From: a virus
Taxonomy: Duplodnaviria > Caudoviricetes
DNA: 64,000 nucleotides
Direction: 5' to 3' (one strand)
IMG/VR virus record: IMGVR_UViG_3300028048_003124
Part shown: positions 20,143-29,854 of the stretch, in pieces
Position numbering within the stretch: position 1 is the first letter of the stretch
Layout: every line of letters starts with the position of its first letter
Notes under the pieces: generated by a model
Databases searched by the model: none
What the model was told of the DNA's origin: nothing
Seen by the model: only the letters and a program-made list of their open reading frames with translations
Program-made: the position numbers and the translations under genes

Positions 20143-21393
20143 ATGAAGAATATTGTTAAATTTGTTGTATGTATGGCATTGATATTCAGTATAATGATTT
20201 GTTCTACAGTCAATGTAAGTGCATATTTATATAAACCATCAGACATGGATTCAGCAGAACAGTTGAAGCACGTAGAATATTGGACTCAGTTCGATGATCC
20301 TTGGGCAAATGATCCGATTGGAAATACTGGTTCCACATATCATGGGGCTGGATGTTCAACCTATTCAGCAGCATATATGCTTGTAAAAATGGGTTTATTA
20401 GATCCAAAGAAGGGTGATACCGCAAAGACTTTAATAGATAAAGCTGAGAACTGCTCAACATATATGTGGAATGGTAAAGGTGTGAGCTATTATTTCAATT
20501 ATGATGAAATAGATAAATTATACCCAGATATAAAGTATGAGGGTAGAGCGGATTACAACACTGTACCTATAGATGAGGCTGTAACTGTTGCAAAAAAGAA
20601 AATCAGCGAAGGGTATTATTGCATAATGCAGGTCGAGGGTACAGCGAAATCAGGTGCTCATGCAGGTCATATGATATTTATAGATGGTGTTACCTCTGAT
20701 GGAAAAATGAGTGTAGGTGATAGTGGTTTTGGACCAGGAACAACTTTAGAAGATATTTATGAAATGTCCACCTTAACTTCATGGTACTTAGAGTTGTTTT
20801 CGTATAAGGTTCCTTGTAACGAGCAGCCATCTATATATGATGATACAGCAATAAGGACAGGAGAGAGTTCCTACACAAAAGCTGATGAAGCAGCTTATAT
20901 AGATTTAGTAAGTGAGTGGCAACTAGTTGGCATGCCTGAGAAATCAAAATTGAATGAAAACGTAGTGAGGGTAACGAATTCTTCTGATGATGGTAATGCT
21001 CTTAAATTAGAGGAAAAAGAAAACATAGCGTCAATTTTAGAAAGTAAAAAAGCTCAAACGCCAACATTGGCTCAGATACTTGGAACAATAATGTCAGTAG
21101 TCGGTTTAATAATACTTGCATATTCTTTACTATTGTTGATAGGCTTTTTCCTAGATAGGTTTAATTCATTTATAGATGTGTCTATAGTTGGTATATTAAC
21201 TTTTGGGAAGATAAAAATAGTAACAAAAGAGGAACGAAGGCAGATGAGTGAAGAAGAGGCAAAAAGAAGTGGCTACTCAACAGGTGCTAAACTGCTCTTA
21301 TTGTTATTAGTTTTGTGTATAATTGGTGGTTTGATGTTAAGCGGAACAATATTAAAGGTAGTATATCTGGTAACAGGAAAGATACTTGGGTAG
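20143..21393 (+). CDS. Exported C39-like cysteine peptidase with conserved C-terminal two-TM module
   Basis: Signal peptide; YWTQFDDPW, GCSTYS, GHMIFIDG; SEWQLVGMPEKS; two C-terminal TMs. Confidence 0.75.
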   Translation: MKNIVKFVVCMALIFSIMICSTVNVSAYLYKPSDMDSAEQLKHVEYWTQFDDPWANDPIGNTGSTYHGAGCSTYSAAYMLVKMGLLDPKKGDTAKTLIDKAENCSTYMWNGKGVSYYFNYDEIDKLYPDIKYEGRADYNTVPIDEAVTVAKKKISEGYYCIMQVEGTAKSGAHAGHMIFIDGVTSDGKMSVGDSGFGPGTTLEDIYEMSTLTSWYLELFSYKVPCNEQPSIYDDTAIRTGESSYTKADEAAYIDLVSEWQLVGMPEKSKLNENVVRVTNSSDDGNALKLEEKENIASILESKKAQTPTLAQILGTIMSVVGLIILAYSLLLLIGFFLDRFNSFIDVSIVGILTFGKIKIVTKEERRQMSEEEAKRSGYSTGAKLLLLLLVLCIIGGLMLSGTILKVVYLVTGKILG

Positions 21394-21402
21394 AGGTGTA
21401 TA

Positions 21403-22650
21403 ATGAAACTACTTAAAAGATTTATAGTAATTACGCTCATCCTTTCTATAATTTCTATAAGTATAATAAGTACATCAGCTTTTGTACGGGCTGAGGATAG
21501 CCTTGCTTCAGTAGAAAACTGGTGTCAGTGGTTAGACCCTTGGGCAAATGAGTCGGCATATGGAAATACGGGAACAGGATATGACATAGCTAACAATTGC
21601 TGCTCATATTACAGCGTAGCGTATATGTTAGTAAAGATGGGTATATATGATCCAAAGAAGGGTGATAACGCTGGTACATTTTTTAAAGCAATGAGAGAGA
21701 AAGGTTGTATAGATGGTGATAGCAATTGGCTGTGTCACTTTAAAGATGTACCTAAAGTATATCCTGAGGTTGAGTTTGTAGACTCAGGATCTGACGATGG
21801 TAGGTGGGCAGAAGCTACTGGATCTTGGGATAGTTGTAAGGCTTGGTACAAAGAGAAGTACAATGAGGGTTATTATATTTGTTTATGCTTTACATCGGCA
21901 GCAAGTAACGGACATTTTGTATTTATAGATGGTTTCACAGAGGATGGTAAGACAAGTGTAGGAGATTGCGGCTATGAGGGTGGTACTGTATTAGAAGACC
22001 TACATTCGAGTATATCGGCATCAAGCTGTTTTTTATTTAAGTATAAGAAACCGTGTAATGAACAGCCATCCATTTATGATGGAACAGCCCTAAGAACTGG
22101 TACGGATAATGATTTAACTTCAGAAGAACAATCTCAGTATGACTCGATAGTATCAGAATGGCAATTAATGGGTATGCCAGAGAAGTCAAAAATATATGAG
22201 AGAGCAGAGGCAGTAATACAAGAGATAGGTAAGATTAAAAATCTTGGTTCAAGGGAGAATTTAGATATAGAGCACACTCAAAGTTTGATATCTATAAAAG
22301 AAAGCATGGAAGCTCAAAAAATGACAGCTGAGAAGATAATGAGTATCATTTGTTCATTGGTGGGTTTATTAATGGAGGTATATGTTTTATTACTATTGTT
22401 AGCGTTCTTTTTTGACAGATTTAATAATTTTTTAGATGCGAGTGTAGTAAGTATATTAAGTTTTGGAAAGTTAAATGTACTTTCAAAGTATGAAATGCAG
22501 ATGGTGACAGAAAAGGAGAAAGCAGAAAAAGGTTATATATCTTATACCAATTTCTTTATAAAACTTCTGGTAATATCACTAATAGGTGGTCTTTTATTAT
22601 CTGGAGTATTATTAAAAGGTATATTTTTTATTATAAGAAAAATTGTTTAA
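21403..22650 (+). CDS. Exported C39-like cysteine peptidase paralog with C-terminal two-TM module
   Basis: WCQWLDPW, CCSYYS, GHFVFIDG; SEWQLMGMPEKS. Confidence 0.75.
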   Translation: MKLLKRFIVITLILSIISISIISTSAFVRAEDSLASVENWCQWLDPWANESAYGNTGTGYDIANNCCSYYSVAYMLVKMGIYDPKKGDNAGTFFKAMREKGCIDGDSNWLCHFKDVPKVYPEVEFVDSGSDDGRWAEATGSWDSCKAWYKEKYNEGYYICLCFTSAASNGHFVFIDGFTEDGKTSVGDCGYEGGTVLEDLHSSISASSCFLFKYKKPCNEQPSIYDGTALRTGTDNDLTSEEQSQYDSIVSEWQLMGMPEKSKIYERAEAVIQEIGKIKNLGSRENLDIEHTQSLISIKESMEAQKMTAEKIMSIICSLVGLLMEVYVLLLLLAFFFDRFNNFLDASVVSILSFGKLNVLSKYEMQMVTEKEKAEKGYISYTNFFIKLLVISLIGGLLLSGVLLKGIFFIIRKIV

Positions 22651-22653
22651 TTT

Positions 22654-23688
22654 TTGGAGGTTGTAATGTTGAAAATGGTCAAAATAACAAGATATATCGT
22701 GGTTTCAGTATTTATGCTGAGTATTCTGCTAATAAACAGTATAAGTGTTGGCGCATACGCTAACAATATAGATTACGGAGTAGGTATTGATAAGTTATCA
22801 GAAAGCCCAGAGAATTGGATACAAGGTAGTATCCCTAATGTAAACAAAGAAACAATTTCGGGTACTGACTCCACAAGCTCGATTGCGAGTAGTGCTTGTA
22901 GTTCTTTTGCAATGACTTATGCCTTAGTAAAGATGGGTATATATAATCCTGCAAATGGAGATAATCCATATTCACTAATAAAAGTTTTAAGAGAAAAGAA
23001 TCTGATATTCCCAGGAGCAGAGTGGGGTTATTTTGATTTTACAAGAGTTAATGAAGTTGATAAATCCGTACATTATGAGTGGAGAGACGATACAGTAAAG
23101 GGTATGAATTTTGATCAAGCTATTAAATACATAAAAGGCTTGTGGAACGAAGGATATTACGTTGTTGCCATAGTATATGGTGGACCAACGAGAGGTCATT
23201 GTATTTTCATAGATGGTATAAATGAAGACGGTTCAATAAGTATAGGCGACAGTGGTTTTGTTGGTACAACTTGGGAAGAAACTTATGGAAAGTATGATAT
23301 GAGATTTTCGTATCTTGAGGTAATGAGTTGTGATGGAAAACCGTTTTTAAACCAACCATCTATATATGATGATAATATATTAAGAGCTGTTTCAGATAAG
23401 GAAGTTGAAGATTACAATGTATTGTTATATGAGACAGATGTAGAAGACATGAGGGTAAAATCTCATAATATTGCTAAGATTGAGTTGCAGTCTTTATCTT
23501 TTAATTCTTACCCAGAGGTACCAGGAAGAGGTATTATAGATGTTGAAGATTTAGATAATATTGAGATTAAAAAAGATGTAGATTGGTTTTTAATATCAAA
23601 TATATTGTTTCAGATATTCCTACTGTTTATAATAATGTTTTATATAAGGAATATGAGAGTATCTCAGATTCAAAAAAGGAGATATTAA
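22654..23688 (+). CDS. Exported C39-like cysteine peptidase paralog with single C-terminal TM
   Basis: ACSSFAM, GHCIFIDG, QPSIYD shared with its neighbours; C-terminal module degenerate. Confidence 0.72.
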   Translation: MEVVMLKMVKITRYIVVSVFMLSILLINSISVGAYANNIDYGVGIDKLSESPENWIQGSIPNVNKETISGTDSTSSIASSACSSFAMTYALVKMGIYNPANGDNPYSLIKVLREKNLIFPGAEWGYFDFTRVNEVDKSVHYEWRDDTVKGMNFDQAIKYIKGLWNEGYYVVAIVYGGPTRGHCIFIDGINEDGSISIGDSGFVGTTWEETYGKYDMRFSYLEVMSCDGKPFLNQPSIYDDNILRAVSDKEVEDYNVLLYETDVEDMRVKSHNIAKIELQSLSFNSYPEVPGRGIIDVEDLDNIEIKKDVDWFLISNILFQIFLLFIIMFYIRNMRVSQIQKRRY

Positions 23689-23689
23689 T

Positions 23690-24826
23690 ATGCCTAAGAG
23701 GTTAGTTAGTGTACTTTTGGTGCTGTTAGTAGTAATAAGCATATCTACATTTAATGTAAAAGCAGCTGATGAGGAGTACAAGACTTTTATGCAGATAGAT
23801 GATAGATGGAGATACAAGCATTTTGGTAATGGCGATGAGATAGGCGCTACAGGTTGTTGGATGGTATCTTACTGCATACTATTTGCTTTTGCAGACCCAT
23901 CTTTAAGAGATGTAAATAAGTGGAATCCAGGAATAATGGGGGAAGAAGGAGGGTACTTACATTTCGATGAAAGCAGTTGTATCACAGATCCAAACCCTAT
24001 AAAAGGACCATTAACTTATGTAGGAAGCGAATCTTACTATTCAAAAGAGGATGTAAATAATGCTTGTAAGCAAGCAATAAAAGAAGGAAAGTATATAATA
24101 GCTTGGTCTGACTTTTCAGGGACTCACTTCAGTCCAGTAACTGGTTGGGATAAAGAGGGCGATCATCCATATATTCACGATGTAGGGTATTACCCTCCAG
24201 AAGAGGGATATGATAGGTTTACAAGTACTGGTATAACAAAATTGTTTTTTTATGAGAGTAGTATGGAGCCTTCGTATGCTTCATATAATGGTGAAATAGT
24301 AGGCAGTTATGAGCAGGATAATGCGGATACTAAGTCATCAGAAGATTTAGGTGAGATATTATCAGAGTGGGATTTAACTGGAATGCCATTGAGGTCAAAG
24401 ATAGCAGCAGAGTATTTGATACCATCAGTAGAAGAGATCCAAGAAGGTAAAGATAAATACAATATGCTTCAAATTAAAGAAAACATTGATCTAAGAAAAA
24501 AATCATCATTAAATATTGCTAATATTGCTGTAACTGTTTTTGGTATTTTATTAATGGTGTATGGTTTATTACTACTAATATCATTCTTTTTTGACAGGTT
24601 TAATAATTTTTTTGATTTTTCATTAATAAGCGTACTATCTATAGGGCGAATAAAATTGGCAGATAGTGGAGAGGTAATAACAGATGAGATGAGAAAGCAG
24701 GGGTTTGTAACAAGCACAACTTTATTGATACGTATAGGTGTAATAGAGTTAATAGGTGGTTTACTTGTATCTGGCGTGATAGTTCGTTTAATATTTAAGA
24801 TAGTGCAGGCTATAATTGTGAATTGA
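23690..24826 (+). CDS. Exported C39-like cysteine peptidase (divergent) with C-terminal two-TM module
   Basis: FMQIDDRW, GCWMVS, THF, IHD; SEWDLTGMPLRS. Confidence 0.72.
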   Translation: MPKRLVSVLLVLLVVISISTFNVKAADEEYKTFMQIDDRWRYKHFGNGDEIGATGCWMVSYCILFAFADPSLRDVNKWNPGIMGEEGGYLHFDESSCITDPNPIKGPLTYVGSESYYSKEDVNNACKQAIKEGKYIIAWSDFSGTHFSPVTGWDKEGDHPYIHDVGYYPPEEGYDRFTSTGITKLFFYESSMEPSYASYNGEIVGSYEQDNADTKSSEDLGEILSEWDLTGMPLRSKIAAEYLIPSVEEIQEGKDKYNMLQIKENIDLRKKSSLNIANIAVTVFGILLMVYGLLLLISFFFDRFNNFFDFSLISVLSIGRIKLADSGEVITDEMRKQGFVTSTTLLIRIGVIELIGGLLVSGVIVRLIFKIVQAIIVN

Positions 24827-24831
24827 GATAT

Positions 24832-24888
24832 GCTACATACGTTGAGGTTTTCTGTAGAGGCTTTCTTCGTATGTAGCTTTTCTTTTTC
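24832..24888 (+). terminator. Rho-independent terminator
   Basis: GCTACATACG...CGTATGTAGC stem followed by TTTTCTTTTT. Confidence 0.7.
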
Positions 24889-24922
24889 GGATAGCTATGT
24901 GTTTTTATTGGAAGGTTTGTGT

Positions 24923-25246
24923 ATGGCGGTATATGATTTAAAAAGGGTGACTAAAGCCTATGTAAGTGGCTTTTATAAATATATAAATTTTAAGAAACTA
25001 AACGATGCTTCGGCTAGTGGTTTATATGATTTATTCTCTTATAGTTTAAAGAATATATATGGTTTACCCCCATCCGAGAAAGGGTACTATATAGATATGT
25101 ATGGAGATAGTTGTATAGATTATTTAAAGAAGTTAAAGGGTGTACCGAAAAGGATTGATAGGTTAGGCTCTACCGAAAGGTTGAGCATTGTGACTATGTG
25201 TCAGAGTTATTTTGTGGCTGTTGATTATGTACACTTTAATAAATAA
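24923..25246 (+). CDS. Hypothetical protein
   Basis: Part of the 24830..25246 ORF; start moved to ATG 24923 (RBS GGAAGG) because the upstream part overlaps the terminator. Confidence 0.6.
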   Translation: MAVYDLKRVTKAYVSGFYKYINFKKLNDASASGLYDLFSYSLKNIYGLPPSEKGYYIDMYGDSCIDYLKKLKGVPKRIDRLGSTERLSIVTMCQSYFVAVDYVHFNK

Positions 25247-25257
25247 GAGGTTGTAGT

Positions 25258-26082
25258 ATGGGTATTAAAAACCATTTTGAGGACTGTCCTTATAACTGTA
25301 ATATGTTCGGTAAGTTGCTTGATCCTAATACTGGAAACATGATAGACTGCCCCCATTGTTCTAAACTAAAAAAGGAGATGCTTGCTAAGGGTGTTGCAGT
25401 AGAAGAGGATGAAAATAGGACATTACCTTTAGCGGAGCTATTGGGTATAAAGTCTAAATATCTTTCTAAAAACTTTGTCTTTGATACTCTAATACCTGAG
25501 GGTGAGTGTCTTTTTTTAGAAGATGATAGTATTGATTTTGTTAAACGAGAAACAGAGGCTTTATACCATACGCTATCATTAGGGGAATTACCTGAGTACA
25601 GTGTATGCTTTGGTATATCTATAAAGGGTAGGGCTGATAGATTGGCTTATCCTTTATTAGCGACCAGTTATCTTAAAGGTTTGAGTGTAGGTAAGTTTAT
25701 AACCTGTAGTGAATTAAGCAGACTACAATTAAAGGGTAGTGATGAGTACGATAGTTATATATCTTCAGATGTTCAAATCATTTTAATAGGAGAGGGTAGT
25801 ACAAAGGGTGAAATCTCTTGTGCAAAGGGTTTAATGCAGTCAAGAGCATTAAAAGGTAAACCGACAATTTTTATAACTACTTGGACGATAGAAGCTTGTA
25901 GTCTAATGCTTGGGTATTTAGATGATACAGATAATATGCTGTTGGCTAGACCTGTATTTGTAAAGTATAAGAATAGTGGAAAGTCCTCTAATTACATTAA
26001 CAAATTGACAGGTGTAGAGAACGATAGGTATGATGAAGAAACCGACATGGGTGGACAGGGTTTTTCAATTGCAGATTTATAA
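25258..26082 (+). CDS. DnaC/IstB-like helicase-loader homolog with degenerate ATPase motifs
   Basis: N-terminal Cys cluster (CPYNC...CPHC), FVFDT, ITCSEL, QSRALKGKPTIFITT; Walker A and B degenerate. Confidence 0.55.
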   Translation: MGIKNHFEDCPYNCNMFGKLLDPNTGNMIDCPHCSKLKKEMLAKGVAVEEDENRTLPLAELLGIKSKYLSKNFVFDTLIPEGECLFLEDDSIDFVKRETEALYHTLSLGELPEYSVCFGISIKGRADRLAYPLLATSYLKGLSVGKFITCSELSRLQLKGSDEYDSYISSDVQIILIGEGSTKGEISCAKGLMQSRALKGKPTIFITTWTIEACSLMLGYLDDTDNMLLARPVFVKYKNSGKSSNYINKLTGVENDRYDEETDMGGQGFSIADL

Positions 26083-26106
26083 TATAAGTAAAGAGAGGTT
26101 GTAATT

Positions 26107-27267
26107 ATGAAATATAATGATGTAGTTTTTCGTAATCCAATTAAGGTTGTAACTTGTGAGAGTGTTACAGAAGGTCATCCTGATAAGTTATGTGATATTA
26201 TATCAGATTCTATTCTTGATGCATATCTTTCAAAAGATAAGAATGCAAGAGTAGCTTGTGAGACTATTGCTAAGGATAATACGATTATCCTAGTAGGTGA
26301 GGTATCAAGTAATGCTTACGTTGATAGAAGAAAAGTCGTATCTAAGGTACTGAAGAAAGTAGGGTATGACGATGAGGAGTTGTGGGGTACCGATTACAAA
26401 ACATTTAAACTGATAGACTTGTTGGGAAGTCAGTCGAAAGATATAAGCAAAGCCGTAAACAAGGAAAAAATACAAGCAGGAGACCAGGGGATTATGTATG
26501 GGTATGCTTGTGATGAGACAGATTGTTTCATGCCTTTAGCTTATGTTTTGGCAACAAGATTGGTAAAGAAGTTAGCAGAGGAGAGAAAGTCTGGGCATTC
26601 AAACTTCTTGGGACCTGATGGTAAGGCTCAGGTATCTGTTGTGTATTATGATGATGGTACTTATGAGGTAGCTAATGTTGTAATTTCATCCCAGCATTTT
26701 ACAATATCTTTAGATAAAGATAAGGAGCTTGAAATTCTTCGTAAGAGTATTCTTGATTATGTTGTGAAGCCAGTATTGGGTGCATTAATGCCACGAGAGG
26801 GTGCTGTGTTTATCAATCCAGCTGGAAGATTTGCTATTGGTGGACCTACTGGAGATAGCGGTTTAACTGGTAGGAAGTTGATGGTCGATACCTATGGTGG
26901 TGTAGCCCATCATGGTGGTGGTGCTTTCAGTGGTAAAGATCCAAGTAAGGTAGATAGAAGTGGTGCATATTTTGCAAGATGGCTAGCTAAGCTAGTAGTA
27001 TGTAGGGGTATCGCTAGTGAATGTGAGGTTATGTTATCTTACATGATAGGAAGATCTGAAACGACGAGTGTACTCGTTAATGCAAAATACAATGAAGGTT
27101 ATAAATTAAGAGATGTTTTAGATATTGTTGAGGAGTTTGATAGCTCTCCTCAGGGTATTATTGATAGGTTTAAACTATTTGATATTCATAACTATTCAAG
27201 TGTTGCAGCCTATGGACATTTTGGTGAAAATGCCAAGGATATGCCTTGGGAGAACGTTGAATTATAA
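26107..27267 (+). CDS. metK: S-adenosylmethionine synthetase
   Basis: ESVTEGHPDK, AGDQG, DGKAQV, GLTGRK, GGGAFSGKDPSKVDRS, AAYGHFG. Confidence 0.97.
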   Translation: MKYNDVVFRNPIKVVTCESVTEGHPDKLCDIISDSILDAYLSKDKNARVACETIAKDNTIILVGEVSSNAYVDRRKVVSKVLKKVGYDDEELWGTDYKTFKLIDLLGSQSKDISKAVNKEKIQAGDQGIMYGYACDETDCFMPLAYVLATRLVKKLAEERKSGHSNFLGPDGKAQVSVVYYDDGTYEVANVVISSQHFTISLDKDKELEILRKSILDYVVKPVLGALMPREGAVFINPAGRFAIGGPTGDSGLTGRKLMVDTYGGVAHHGGGAFSGKDPSKVDRSGAYFARWLAKLVVCRGIASECEVMLSYMIGRSETTSVLVNAKYNEGYKLRDVLDIVEEFDSSPQGIIDRFKLFDIHNYSSVAAYGHFGENAKDMPWENVEL

Positions 27268-27286
27268 ACAACTTGTTATATTAAGA

Positions 27287-27336
27287 TAACGGTATTAATT
27301 GTAAGTTTTTGCTTATATTAATGCCGTTAATTTTTT
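27287..27336 (+). terminator. Rho-independent terminator of metK
   Basis: TAACGGTATTAAT...ATTAATGCCGTTA long stem followed by T6. Confidence 0.8.
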
Positions 27337-27703
27337 AGATATAGATTTTTAGTCTGGTATGGCAGACTAATTAAAAACTATGAGATAGAAGTAAAAGTAT
27401 TATAAATTAGAAGTAGGTTGTTTAAGATTTTTTCCTAAATTTGATTTATTTAATGTTTAATAGATTATATGGTTTTTGGTAAAGATTATTAAATAAAAAT
27501 TTCTTAGAATTGTGTATTTTATATAGATTGTATCAAAGAATTTTAGTTATTTTTATGTGTTTAGTTTCTTGTAGGTATAGTAATTTTTTATTTTGTTTTA
27601 AAATAAATATTCCAAGAAGGATCTTTTTAGTTTAACTAAAGAGTCTTTAGTTTTAACTTAAATAAAGATTGCCTATATTATAATTTTAAAAGGAGCAAAA
27701 ACA

Positions 27704-29251
27704 ATGGGGTATACGCCTAAGATTTATAGGGTTGCAGATATGTTAAAGGGTGTTGAGTATGATAATAATTTCAAAGATGATGATGTTTACTTTTGGTCGA
27801 CTCCAAGAGGAGATGGTTATGGAACAGTAAAAGATATGGTAGAAACTTGTGGTTTGTACGATAAGTATGAGTTTATGTGTAAATATTGTAATGTAAAAAC
27901 CTTAAAGATGGGTGTAAGTATCGTAAACACTGGTTTATTGTGCAAGGATTGTGCAAAAACAAGTTATTATGTCAACACATGGTCAAAGGTTTTTCCGTTT
28001 TTTGATAAGATGTATGATTCGGAAAAGAATACTGTTCCTCTTGAAAGGTTAAGGAGAAGTGATAATAAGAATGATTACTGGTTTGTATGTGAAAAAGGTC
28101 ATAGTTTTACTTCAAAAATAAGAGGGGTATTAAATAGTACAACTGGTTTTCATGGTTGTCCTGTGTGCTCTGGAAGGAGTTTAGTAGAGGGTAATTCACT
28201 ATATGATGTTTTTGGAGATATGGTAGACGGGTATTGGGATTATGGCAAGAATGACAGTAACGGACTAAAACCTGATATGATAGCTCCTCATTCAAATGTC
28301 AGGGCTTTTTGGAGGTGTATTAATTGTGGTAAGACCTATGAACAGCCGATATGTAATAGGGTAGTTTCAGTAGGGTATTGTCCTGATTGCGTGAGTAAGA
28401 TGTACCAGTCGTCTGGAGAGGCTGAACTGGCTGATTGGCTTAGTAGGTATGTCGATGTAGTTGAAAGGTATAAATTCGCAGGAAGGGGTACAGAGTTAGA
28501 TATTTATATACCATCAAAGCATATAGGCATAGAGTTTAATGGTATATATTATCACTCTGATGCGATATTAACCGATAAGAATAGTGACTATAAAAAGTAT
28601 AAGAAAGCAGAAGAGAGGGGTATAACCTTTATGTGTGTGTCTGGGAGGACGACTGGAAGTACAAGAAAGACTTGGTAAAGCTAATGATACTAAGGAAATT
28701 AGGTTTAAGCACCGAGAGGAAGGTAAATGCAAGAGATTGTAGGGTAGTTAAAAGCTCTGGTTCTTCTGGGTTGTTAGATAGTTATCACATTCAAGGAAAG
28801 GTAAATGTAGGCTGTAAATATTATCACTTAGTTGAGAAAAATGGTAATGTAGTAGCCGAGTTAGCCTATAAACAAGATGAAGAGAGTGTATACATAATCA
28901 GATATGGCAGCTCCTGAATAGTAAGGGGGTGGTTTTTCTAAGATTTTGAGCGTATTAAAGTCAACCGAAGGGTGTAAGATTATTTACACCTTCTCGGATA
29001 ACTCTGTATCTGACGGTAGTATGTATAGGGTGTGTGGTTTCAGAAAGGTAGAAGATTTGAGACCAGATTACTCCCACGTATCCAAGGGTAGAAGGGTACA
29101 TAAATCAAACTTTCGGAAGGACAGATTCCTCAAAGACGAGGGATTGATTTACAAGGAAGGGTTAACTGAGAAAGAATTAGCTATGGTAAACGGATTAAAC
29201 AGGGTATATGATTATGGCAAGGTACGTTGGGAGTTAGCTGTTGAGAAATAG
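27704..29251 (+). pseudogene. Disrupted zinc-ribbon/PD-(D/E)XK endonuclease (homing-endonuclease-like), copy 1
   Basis: Fragments 27704..28678, 28633..28917 and 28946..29251 are collinear with the intact paralogs. Lesions: +TG near 28632-28639, TGA at 28915-28917, +G near 28925-28929. Confidence 0.85.
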
Positions 29252-29280
29252 TAATCTATTGAGAAGGGTATAGAGAGCAA

Positions 29281-29838
29281 ATGAGGAAGATAGTATTTGT
29301 AGATATGGACGGTGTAGTAGCCCGTTATGAGAGGTGGGCTTACCGTGGCAGAATTATAGATGATGTAAGAGAGAAAGAACCCATCTTTACGCAGAAGGGT
29401 AGTAAGTTTTTCAGAACTTGTAAACCTGATTTAAATGCAATAAGGATGGTAAAAGGCTTAAACAGTATAAACTCCTTATCAGTAATGGTATTATCAGGGG
29501 TATCATCAGGGGAAGTTGGTGAGGAGCAGATAGAAGATAAGTCCTACTGGTTAAAGAAAAATATGCATTTCCTAAACGAAACACAACAGCTATTCACAAG
29601 TGGTAGTAAGGTAGCAGAGGCTTGTAACTTTTTAGGTATAAGGAAACTAAACAAAGACTTAATTTTAATAGATGATTTTAATGGCAACCTGTTAGAGTGG
29701 GAGAAGGCTGGAGGAGTGGCAATAAAGTATATCAATGGGGTAAACTCAGAGAGCAGCTGGAATGGTTTAAAGGTAAGAAGCGATAGTGTTGTAGGGGATA
29801 TAGTAGTTATAATGAATACATTGGGTATAGTTTGTTAG
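29281..29838 (+). CDS. HAD-family 5'(3')-deoxyribonucleotidase (NT5C-like)
   Basis: FVDMDGVVA, LIDDF..NL.EW.KAGG.AI. Confidence 0.8.
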   Translation: MRKIVFVDMDGVVARYERWAYRGRIIDDVREKEPIFTQKGSKFFRTCKPDLNAIRMVKGLNSINSLSVMVLSGVSSGEVGEEQIEDKSYWLKKNMHFLNETQQLFTSGSKVAEACNFLGIRKLNKDLILIDDFNGNLLEWEKAGGVAIKYINGVNSESSWNGLKVRSDSVVGDIVVIMNTLGIVC

Positions 29839-29854
29839 GCGTTTGTAAAAAGGA

